DNA from: Parasitella parasitica NRRL 2501
Lineage: Eukaryota; Fungi; Mucoromycota
Direction of reading: 5' to 3'
Length of the DNA: 64,000 nt
Assembly: GCA_025201805.1 (NCBI GenBank)
Contig: MU619261.1
Span: 65,593-129,592, forward strand
The notes beneath the pieces were generated by a model that was given only the letters and a program-made list of their open reading frames with translations, did not search any database and was not told the origin of the DNA. Position numbers and translations under genes: made by a program. Below are positions 27,926 through 38,633 of the stretch, piece by piece; position 1 is the stretch's first letter, and every line of letters begins with the position of its first letter.

Positions 27926-28073
27926 GTAATGACAATAATAATAATAATAATAATAATAATAGTGATGACGTTATCTTTTGTGGCTTTTTCTGACTTTAAA
28001 AAACGCTGGGTTAGTTTTAAGTTGGATAAATGTGAAACAATCTCATCCGGCTATTTTGCAGGAAACACTCAAT

Positions 28074-29960
28074 ATGTCTGATGTACTAACTCGTAAGTAT
28101 ATCACCTTTTTTGTGTCGAGCTTTGCAATAAAAAAATTATGTTTTTAGTTATGGAAGACTTTATTAAGGCTGAAAGATACCCCAGCTTGGTCAAATTTTG
28201 TGCTGCTCACGAGGATCCTATTAAGGCATACATTAGTCATTTCGAAAACGCAGTAGCGGCAAAAAAAAATCTACAAGTTAAAATGAAATTAGCTTTTAAT
28301 AATGTGCGCGGGAAAAAGAAAAGAGGCCCAGGAGTTGAGATAAACCTAGAATCATCATATGCTGAAGCAAAAGCTGTGGATGCAATCACTATAGCTGGTT
28401 GGGAAAGCTTGGCTACCTCTGTTCAACAAGCAAAAGAAAAGCTTATTTCAAATCAGGTCAGCTTATAAAATATGCAAAAATACAAAATTGCACCTACTAA
28501 TAATGTTTAATAGAGAACTGAGGGTCATGAACATAATAATACTGATGTTGAAAGCGCGAGCAGCACCCAAGAAGAAATTGTTGATACTTCCAGTGAACAG
28601 AGTTATGATGAGCAGGATGATTCTAGTATACTACAGCAATTCTATAAATATAAAAAGGCAACTGAAGTTTCAGCAAAAAAACGAGGTTTTTATGTTGATG
28701 GTAACCTCCATGAAATCCTGTAAGTTTAATACTCCTAGTTGCAAAAAGATCAGCATTAACATTAATTGTATAGTTGCTTATCGGACGTTCTATTTTTGAA
28801 AGAAAATGAATATAGCGATGAGCAAATCAGTCATTTTGGGGCTACAAATTTGGATAGACTACGAAGTACTTTAATCACAAAATACATGGATTCGAAGGTG
28901 AAATTTGATACCAATTTATATAACCAAGTATCAGAAATATTACGGGTAAGACTTAGTGAAAAGATAGTTTTTATGCATTATTTAAGCGTTGATAATTGTT
29001 TTTTGTTTCTCCATAGGATTTTCGTTCCCAAGATGGCACACGGAAAACAAAAGAGAAACTCAGCGAGTTGCTAAAAGAAGCTTGCGATGATGACTACAAA
29101 TTAATCGAAATTATAATCAACTGGTGAGTTCTCAAAATAATTCGATAAAAGTAAATGACTCACATTGTACTTTTCATTATGGTAAGAATAGCTTCAATAA
29201 GCTCCCTCTTTTTACCCGGATGAATGAAGAGATTGGTGAAGCAGAGTTGCAAGGAAACTACATTGATCCCATAGTATATCCCATGTTTCACAATCCACAG
29301 GAGAACATATATTTTCGATGGTATATGAATACGTTGCACTGTTAAAAATTACATTCTTGATTAATAGTTTATTGTATATATTTTCCTATTAAATTAGGTT
29401 AAATAGGCAAACCCCAGATACGGAAACACGAAGACCGGATGTCACATTTACAAAATGAAGCAAAGAAGAATTGATAGCTCAATAGGTTTCGTTGAAGTTA
29501 AACCTGAAAAAAGTGATTCAGTCAAGAGACATGAAGATATGATTCGGCTGGTCGCCTTTTGTAAAGATGCGTTGGAAAAGCAAAGTAGAAAAACTATGAT
29601 TGCAGTGCAAGTTGTTGGTAAGAGTTTACAGGCTGATGAGATGTGTGAAGTGATTTTCAAACTTTCTTACATGCTGTAGGATTTTATATTTCCTTCTATA
29701 TCTTTGTTTCTGTAGATGGATTACATTTAATGGTTGAGCTTTATTCCTTCGAAACGGCAAAGTATCTTGATCAACTTTCTCACTTACTCAGCTCGTTCGA
29801 TAAATTAAAGCAAGTTATAATTTGCAGCAGGGATAATTGTGTTGAATCTCAAGGTAGTGCCAGGAAAAGAAATTCTAGTCTAGATATATCAGAACTTCAT
29901 CGGATTATCAACATTAAGAAACCAAAAGGTTTAAGAACATCCCTGTCGTTCAAAAAATAA
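28074..29960 (+). pseudogene. Spliced (~8 exon) gene with a C-terminal PD-(D/E)xK restriction-endonuclease-like domain (Crinkler/REase-like); apparent 1-nt frameshift near 29441
   Basis: Exons give GEAELQGNYIDPIVYPMF..YFRWLN..RRPD followed by IGFVEVK..HEDMIRL..CKDAL..AVQVVG; the PD and EVK segments are out of frame by one base. Confidence 0.65.
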
Positions 29961-30003
29961 TTTATATTTTCAAGCAGAAAATATTTTACATGTTACTACG
30001 CTG

Positions 30004-30095
30004 TATGCCGTGTTTTTATATAATTATATGCTAGCTTTTATGCCGAGTTTTTATACAATTACTAATTTGCTTTTATACCAAGTTTTTATATAATT
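30004..30095. repeat. Three imperfect tandem copies with 35-bp period
   Basis: TATGCCGTGTTTTTATATAATT (30004), TATGCCGAGTTTTTATACAATT (30039), TATACCAAGTTTTTATATAATT (30074). Confidence 0.8.
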
Positions 30096-30345
30096 CTCTC
30101 TCTTTATCATTATTTTATCAATATTCATAGTCTTATTTTTATATATTATAGTTACAAAAAAAATTATAAAGAATAAAGAACAAACATTGCTGTAAGCTCC
30201 ACATAAACATCAGCACCGGATCTTTGGTTTGTATATTTGTTACTCTGGAATCTCACCAACTTTACGATATGGTTCATTTTTGTTCCAGGCGTGCGCGAAT
30301 TGGTTCTCAAATTTTGACCCAATTTTTTTTTTTTTTGTGCGAATA

Positions 30346-32023
30346 CAGTCGTTACGGAAGTCATTGTCGTTTTAAGAAAGGTTATATTGTCATTTTTAGT
30401 TATCTGTATTTTCGTCTTAATTTTTAACTTTGATGACAACAGTATATCTCTAAAAAAAACAGCAGATGGAACGATTACATAGGGGTTTTATTAAAACAAT
30501 TTCTAATTTGATGTTTAGAGTGATTAGCGAAACCGTAAAGGTCACTAATCAAAACTTGATTACATGCATCGGCAATTCTACTGGATAGGTTCTCTTCACT
30601 CATCATACGATCTCGTTTAAGTTTTCTCTTAACTAAAGCCCAAAATTGCTCTATAGGATTTAGCTCTGGTGAATAGGGCGGTAAATGCATCAATTTGTAT
30701 CCTCTCTTCTCAATCTTCCGCTTCATCGGCTGCGATTTATGAGTTGATGCGTTGTCTAGTACCAGATAACATCCTTTTAACTTCTCATCCAAGTCCATTA
30801 CATCAAGTAACTCGTTTATAAACTTAATGAAGTGAGCGGTAGTAGTACCTTTAGGGGGATTAGCTTTATCCTCTGGTGGTGGTGAGGCAGCTCTCTTTAC
30901 CCCTTTAATAGTTGTTTTCCGCTTTTTAGGGGTTTGTTGACCCAGTAGTTCCTTCTTAGAAGGAGGTTTTCTTAACTGAACAAGAAGGACACTGCCTGAG
31001 TGAATGGCACCAATGATTGTATGCGAAGGTGTTCTAGTTTTTTCGGTTTTAACACGGGCACGAGTTCCAGCAGCAGATCTTGCATAATTAAATCGCATAT
31101 TCACATGAAAGCCGGCCTCATCTATGAAGACACAATTTCTTGTGAAGTCGAGATCAGAGTCTTTCCATTTCATAAACCAATCGAATCTTTCCTGCAAGTT
31201 TTCTGGTGAATTTCTTGCTTCTGCTTCGAGGGTAGCTTTCTTCATGGTAAGGCATAAATCATTTTTCAAATGATGGTTAAGTTGAGAGTTAGAAATGCTG
31301 AAACCCTCAAATTCTACAATCAACATCTCCATAATATCACTGACAATGATTTGGGGATCGTTGTCTATCAATTTGATGAGGAAACTATCATGCTCCTCGG
31401 TAAAAGTACTAGGACGACCTTTCATTTCACTGTTTTTTTTGTATGGCATGGTGCCGTCTTCTCTGTACTGTTTCCACCATCTTTGTGCATTTCGAACATT
31501 AATTCCCATACTCCCTTTTCTTGTGCACACTCAATCATTTTATCAATAAACTGTTCTCTTTCTTTATCGCTATAATTCGTGTAAACGGAGACTGTAGTTG
31601 TACGTTTTTCTGATTTAACACCATTTGTTACTTTGTCTACAACTAGCTTCTCGAGAGGCTTTTGATCAAAGTACGTATTCTGATTAGTTAGTGTTTCCAA
31701 GACAATGTTGGGGTCATTGACTTCAGTCAGGACATCTTCCATGGGATCATCTACTTTCATCCCATTCTCATCGTAAAGGTTATCTTGTCCATCTTCATAA
31801 TAAAAAACACTTGACATTGTAATTTGAATAAAAGAAAAATACGATCCAGTAAAAGGCAGAAACAAAAACGACAATATAACCTTTCTTAAAACGACAATTT
31901 AACCAACTCATAACGACAAATCAAAATTATAAAACGACAATTTATATTCAATCAGCGACAATGTATTTTTAAAAGAACGACAATTTTCTGAAAAAAGAAC
32001 GACAATGGTTTCCGTAACGACTA
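30346..32023 (-). mobile_element. Tc1/IS630-family DNA transposon, copy B (inverted relative to A)
   Basis: Reverse complement of copy A; TA at 30344-45 and 32024-25; outer TIR has two substitutions (32008, 32023). Confidence 0.95.
30475..31817 (-). pseudogene. Tc1/IS630 DD34E transposase, copy B, with the same frameshift as copy A
   Basis: ORFs 30475-31530 and 31422-31874 translate identically to those of copy A. Confidence 0.85.
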
Positions 32024-32684
32024 TATAGCACGTCTACCAATCTACATTTTTTCGCGAAGAAGTTTGTCTTGTTGAAATTATCGTGCATTCAACACATACG
32101 TATCCTTTTATTAAACTACATTTTGTTACAGACAAGTCTCCAATTCATCGAAATTTTGGGAACAGATTTGTCTTATAATCATGAATTATAAGAATTTTAA
32201 TTGCTATAAGAATATTACTTGAGAGCAGATCGTTAGATCAAAACCTCAGGTAATTCAAATTGCTATTTTAGGCAATTTTGTCTCGGTTAAAGCCAGAACT
32301 AAAATTGGATAGATAATGAATATTTCGCACACCTTTCCCATTTAACCGTGTAAAATGCAGATAATATTTAGCTTGTAGTTTTGATTCAAAGTGTATAATT
32401 TAATAAATATCTAACATGCACCAAAATAAATCACTGTGACAAATAAATCTTTAAAATATTATCATCTATGATTTTACCATCAACATAGAATTACAAAAAA
32501 AAACTAGGTATGAATGATTAAATATGTCAGGGAGAGGAAGAGGCTCGCTTGTGTGTGGAAAACACTGCGCTTTTTTCTAATTACTTGTAGTTTTACCAGG
32601 AAAAAAAGAAAGATGTATAAGGTAATAAAGAGGAGAAGGGATTTATAGAAGCATGTAATATTAGTACAGAAAGAGAGAAAAACA

Positions 32685-33312
32685 CTACTTTTTCTTGGGA
32701 CCATATTTGGGCGAAATGCTCTTTGGGCAAGAGACAGTCTTCCAAGAGATGTCAAGAACACCAGTATCAAGGTTACCAAGTTTTTGGAATGCGGCAGGGG
32801 TCAAATCAATAGCTTTACCAACCTTACAGCCAGCACACTTGTCAACAATCTTGACAACAACTGTCTTTTTCTTGTTCTTGTTGTTGGTAATCTTCATGCA
32901 CTTGTAGCAATTTTCAAATTTCTTCATAGCCTGTGAGTATTACATTAGCGAGAGATGTTAAGAAAAAAATGCGTCCTTTTTTATTTTTACCATTGCGCCA
33001 ATCATGCTATGGATTGTGGCAGAGTAAGCAGGAAGACCATTACGATCATAACAGGCAGCGTTCTTCAAATCATTACCACTGTACCTAGATAAGCCGAGAA
33101 ATGGTGTCAGTGAGAATTTAACATGTTGAGATAAAAAGCTGATTTTACCAGGTACCACGGCCGCCACGCTTTTCTAAGGCGTCATTGATGGTAGAATTAT
33201 GAAACCTCATAACGGTGGCAATACCACGACCATGAAGTTCCACCGCCTTGGCAACATTGATGAGCGTTGCAATTACAAGTGCACACAGAGAGACACAAAC
33301 AATAAGCTTCAT
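32685..33312 (-). CDS. RlpA-like/expansin-like protein, paralog 4
   Basis: MKLIVCVSLC signal peptide, LEKRGGRGTW, VDKCAGCKVGKAIDLTPAAF; same two introns. Confidence 0.88.
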
Positions 33313-34561
33313 GTGAGATGTGAGTAAGGAAAGGTTAGTATTAAGGAAAGGGTTGATTGAATATCAGGCTGAAAATTGGAAGAAGAAGGAGAAAAGATAG
33401 TTTTATATTGTTCAAACCTTTAAACGAAGACAAAAAGCGGACCCGCCATCATGTTGAAATTGAGTTATATGATCCATATGAAAGGTGATGCTTATGCTAC
33501 ACAAAAATAAATTGAAAATGTTCGGTAGGAGTTTTTTACGCCTGGTTTAGCAAAAGATCTGCTTTGGCCTTTTTTGACTTTACAAAAGGCATTTATTCAA
33601 AAGGCTTTGGTCTAGATTTCAACATGATTAAGATAAAAACAACAGTAAAATGTTAGCGTTGGAAATTAAACACTTTGAAGTGAAATGTATTCAATAGAAA
33701 AGCTATTCCTGTGAGGTTCACTGTGTGTCTCTTGAAGTGCGCTTTCGGTTGCTGTTCCACTTCAAATGTCCACACATGAGAGAGAAAGGAGGTGAAGATT
33801 TGGGTGACTTAAACTACCGAGCAAAGTTGACAGTTGTACAAAACTGCTTTAAAAGAAGCCAACATGCGCACCATTTCTAATTTCAATTGAATAATAAACA
33901 CAACAGATATTGCTTGGTCCAATGACAGCTTTCAAGTTGAGAGTTCTTGTTTACTTTGAACACAAAAATTGCCTTGAAACAGATTTATTACGCTTTTTTA
34001 GTCCTTTTACTTGTGAACATTAAAAGTATCTATTTCCATCGCAATTATTGATCAATGCTAAAAATACACCAATGTATATCAAAGGGCGTCACTGTTGTTG
34101 TTTTTAATTAAAGCAACAACTAATATGCACTTCTTCTCGCCATGATGATTATCTTTCAATATAGCATACAGCGTGTGTCGGCTTTTTTGAGTGTAAGGCG
34201 CTTCGCCGTCTGTTAAATGTGTATCACTTTGTGTCCACTTTGCTGGTGCAACTGTAGACAAAGGGATCATAATATATTGCTCGTTTCTCCCAAAAAAAGA
34301 AAAAAAAAAAAAAAATCAGGATAGCCCATCAGTATAGGACGTTCTTAAAGCCAAGGACACTTTATAGGCAATATACTGTAAACTGTCTTTTTGATTGTTA
34401 ATTATGTGTACACATAGAAACAATACCGCCATATTTACTTTCTTTTTTATTGATGAAAATGATTCAGTTCTAATCTCAAGACATGCTGCTTGATAAACTG
34501 ATTGCGACAGTTTAAATGCTTATGATTATTATATATTTGTGTAAGATCACAGCTGTACAAT

Positions 34562-36113
34562 CTAATTATGACGGCGCTTCACCTTCCTTCTGTCAAATTC
34601 ATGAGATGCTTCGTATTTCGGCAAACTGACAACAAATGTTAATAAAAACCGATTAGTAACACTCTGCCCAACTTACTCTGTAGGGTCTGCGGGAAGGGGA
34701 GTAGTGTAAAAGTAATCGTGCTCCAAAGCCTCCAATGCAGTCGGGCGTTTTGTAGGGTCTAATACCAACAGTTTATCCATCAAATCACCAGCGAGTGCAT
34801 CGTAATGTCCATACTCTTCTCGGACATGACGAGGCGTTACATCGAATCTTACTTTATTGGCGTCTGGTAGTTTGTCCCAGTTCGGCATGCTGTCTTGGGT
34901 TGGTGAGCCACACAGGTAAAATATCTTTTTCAACTGATCAATGTCATCCTGTCCTTGCAATATGGGCCTGGATTTCAATAACTCACCAAACACACATCTA
35001 TTCAAAAGGCTAAGCAAATTGCTGTGTGCCTCAAATAATGACAAGAATAACGTACCCTACACCCCACATGTCAATTGCACTCGTATATCTCCTCTCGCCG
35101 AGAAACAACTCTGGTGGTCTGTACCATCTTGTCACAACACAGTTGGTATATTCTCTGTTCTCCTCCTCAATTCCACGAGCTAAACCAAAGTCTGCAATCT
35201 GTAAAATCCCTTCGTTATTGATAAGCAAGTTGGCAGCTATCATATTGTACAAGTTAGCAAACGATTGCTACAATAGGCCCAATTTCATTATTACCTTTCA
35301 TGTCACGATGAAGAATTCGATTCTAAACAAAATTTAGCATTCACGCAACCACAAAACTAATAGAAACTTTACATGATGAAGATAGGCTGTGCCTTCTAGT
35401 AACTGCTTGAGATATGTCTTGATTTGAGGCTGTGTCAGTCTTACTTTAGGATTGTCTAGTAAACCAGCTAAATCGTGATCCATATAAGGAAACACCATGT
35501 AAATTCCACCCTTCTCCTTTCTGCTAATATCACCTAATGTCCATTTTTCGTCTTTAATAACTTGAGATAATATATTTTGGCTCTTTTGAATACCTCTTTC
35601 CACAGCAATATCACTCAAGGGAACAATGTTTTTATGACATAATTGCTTCAAAATCTTGATTTCTCGAATAGCCGTAATAGGAATCTGATAGATAACATTG
35701 TGAATAATTGCCTCCAGAGCCTTTAATTCAGGTACAAAATCCATTAATACATACACCTTCCTTCTCGTTGTGCATTAAAATCCTCTTTAGCGCAACGAGT
35801 TGGCTTGTCTGTCTATCTCTCGCCTTATGCACCTCACTGTAACGGTTGTTTGTTTATTAATTTAGCGGTAATCCGACCAGCAAAATACGTACCCAAATGT
35901 ACCCTCGCCTAGCTTGTCCAGAAACTCATAATCAGTTATCTTGGAGCAGCCTTTAAAGTGTCGGTTGTTCTTTGGTTGCGGTCTGTAGGCTGGTGAAGCG
36001 GAGGGCGCCGTCCACAAAGGAGATGCCACATTGCTTAGAGGCGATCCTTCATATACTCTGTGTAGTTTATTTGCGCGTTGATCGTCTCTTGGTTCGTCAT
36101 GAGCTCGCTTCAT
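34562..36113 (-). CDS. BUR1: Cyclin-dependent kinase, Bur1/Sgv1/CDK9 type, multi-exon
   Basis: [54 protein letters not shown] motifs. Confidence 0.9.
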
Positions 36114-36307
36114 CAGTACGGTGTTGATTGGAAAAGTAACCTTGGAGCAATGCTGTAACAATCAACCAAAGAAAAAGATTTGTAATTTCATAGAAAGCTA
36201 CTGTTGCCATTACCAACATGGCACAAGGCGGTCACGAATACAAACAACAATGTGGTTGTTGTGGTGATTCCAAATCCAAATTCATTCTACTGCGTTATTA
36301 TCTAACA

Positions 36308-37089
36308 ATGGCTCGAGATTCAACTGATGCTCTCCCTGACGACAACAAAAGGATACTGCTAATTTCTTTTCAAAATGGTTTACTTTTGACGACAAAGGCG
36401 AACGTTAGGCTGAAATGTGTCTGCAATGGTGTAAGCAGAAAGCCAAAGCCCGGAATGAGAATGTAAATTCAAATTGTGCCATGCTTTGCTTCAGCCGCCC
36501 TACGAAAGAAGCTACAATCGACGAGAGTGGTGAATGCAATCCTTTCAAAGGATATACTGTTTCAGTTCTCAACGCAAAGAAGGAATGCACAATGCACCCG
36601 AATGGTATAGCTAGAAATTACGCATTTTCAAGATTATTCACAATCTTGCTTTTCAATAGAAATGGCTGGATCAAAAGATACAGCAAAGCAAGAGTATGTA
36701 ACGCTGTGTTATTTTCATATTCTTTGAATATCTCATTGTTTTAGGACAAACAATCTAGAAACAACATATAAGCTTGATCTTGGGGACATTTGGACACAAG
36801 CAGATGTTACAGGTCCGTTCGTCATCACCCATGTCAGTAAAAACCACCTTGCTAATCATTCTATACCTATACAGTCAAGCAGGCCATCAATGACAAGATA
36901 GACCCTCTTTATAACTCTTCAATTGAGCAAGTTGTTACACTTAAAGATAGCCCTCAGGCTACTAGGCTTCAAGAATATGTTAAATCCAAATCGAATGATT
37001 TATTAAGCCAGGTTTATCCAATGTCTCCATTCAAAATCGATGGCAAATCTAATGCTACTCCATCTGTAAATCCAGATGAGAAGAAATAA
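36308..37089 (+). CDS. Hypothetical protein, multi-exon, divergent from the BUR1-like gene
   Basis: Open exons (MCLQWCKQK..CAMLCF..; YKLDLGDIWTQAD; KQAINDKIDP..DEKK*) separated by intron-like segments; start uncertain. Confidence 0.5.
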
Positions 37090-38012
37090 TGTCCCTATGA
37101 TTTATGTATGATAAAGCAAGAGATAGCAACCGCCAAGGAAATAGATTAATTTGGAAAATGCTCTTTCATTATAGTCTTCAAACATAATATCTGAATACAT
37201 TCATTATCAAATGTACAACAATTAATCACTGCTTCCAATATCCCAATATCCCAATATCTTGCTGTTTTTTGAGAAAATAAAAACATTACACCACGAAATA
37301 CTTGTCAAAAATCACTCAATAGCGCCCAAGGTGTGATGAGCACCTTAGACCAGACCGAAAGAGACGGGGAACGAGAGACAAAAGTAGGACGGGTAATATA
37401 CTGCGTTGGACCATATAAAATGGCTACTTTGCACAATACACTACTTGATGCATTTATGACAGAGGTAACAATGTAGCGTTTATCTAGTAAAATCTCCGTA
37501 TCCACCAGAAAAGACCATAGACTCAGACTCATTATAGCACAATGTTTGGTGACCGCAAGGAAATAACGAGAAAAAGCAGCCTAGTTGAGATTCAGTGAGG
37601 ATCTCCACCTTGGTTGCCGTAAAAGTTGAAATATGAGCATATCTGAAGTACAAGCTACTGGTTAATTGCTTCTTCACTTGCAGAGCCATCTCTTCTACGA
37701 AACCCTTGTCTTCACCAACATAACCTAGAAGCACACCCTCATCTAAATCCGTACAGTTGGTGATTTGTATGATTATGATGAAAAATGTTGATCTCCGATA
37801 GTCAAATCCGTCAGATTTAAGTCAAGATATCGTCAGCGCTATATGTACACTGCACAATATATTACATATTTGTTATGTAACTTTTTTCTTACACCATTGC
37901 TATGCAAGTAGATTAATATTGCATGAATAAACATGAAGAATAAATAGGCTCTCGTTATTGATTTTCTCTCTCTTTATTACACATTGAAAACTACCAAAAA
38001 AAGAAAAGAAAA

Positions 38013-38431
38013 ATGACCAACGTTGAACAATTTGTCGAGGACACAATCAAGAATAACAAAGTCGCGATTTTCACCAAGAGCACCTGTGGTAAATTACATA
38101 TTTCAGTATAGCAAGGATCGTATTTAAAAGCTCTTAAAAAAAAAGAATTTTGCAGGAAGGCAAAAACTCTTTTAGATGGATACAATATCAAATATGAGAA
38201 TATTGAGTTAGATAAAAATTGTAAGCAATATACATGGCGTATGCATGATGATTGTGGGACATTGATAGTAAATAATATGTAGCCGATGGTGAAGCTATTC
38301 AAGAGTACTTGACCAAGAAGACAGGTCAAAAAACTGTACCCAACATTTTCATGAATCAAAAGCATATTGGTGATTCTCATGACCTGACCAGACTTGAAGG
38401 TGGTGGTGAACTCCAAGGATTTATTGCCTAA
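38013..38431 (+). CDS. Dithiol glutaredoxin (3 exons; absent from the ORF track)
   Basis: MTNVEQFVEDTIKNNKVAIFTKSTC|EFCRKAKTLL..IQEYLTKKTGQKTVPNIFMNQKHIGD; Grx TVP motif. Confidence 0.88.
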
Positions 38432-38633
38432 GTAGCACCAGTCCTAGTGTATAAATATTAATAAAACAACCTTGCGTTCCATCCTTGAGGGATCATTTAT
38501 GTTGTATTATGATAATTGTGTATTTAGTAGTATATTATTTTTTTAAAAAATTAGGGTAAAATTCGGGCGTGCAAGTAAACGATGATATTACATTGACGGG
38601 AGAGAATAGTAAAAATAATGTTTCTTTTAGCGG

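Larger units (their letters stand above)
26899..30343. mobile_element. Inner TIR-bounded element (~170-bp TIRs beginning TTCGCAC(A)nTTGGGTCAAAATTTG) carrying a PD-(D/E)xK-like gene
   Basis: 26899-27068 is the reverse complement of 30174-30343; each end abuts TA; these TIRs are unrelated to the Tc1 TIRs. Confidence 0.75.
25219..32023. mobile_element. Composite element with 1850-bp inverted arms (25219-27068 / 30174-32023), flanked by TA on both sides
   Basis: Mirror symmetry (paired coordinates sum to 57242); identical ORF translations in both arms; TA at 25217-18 and 32024-25. Confidence 0.9.
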
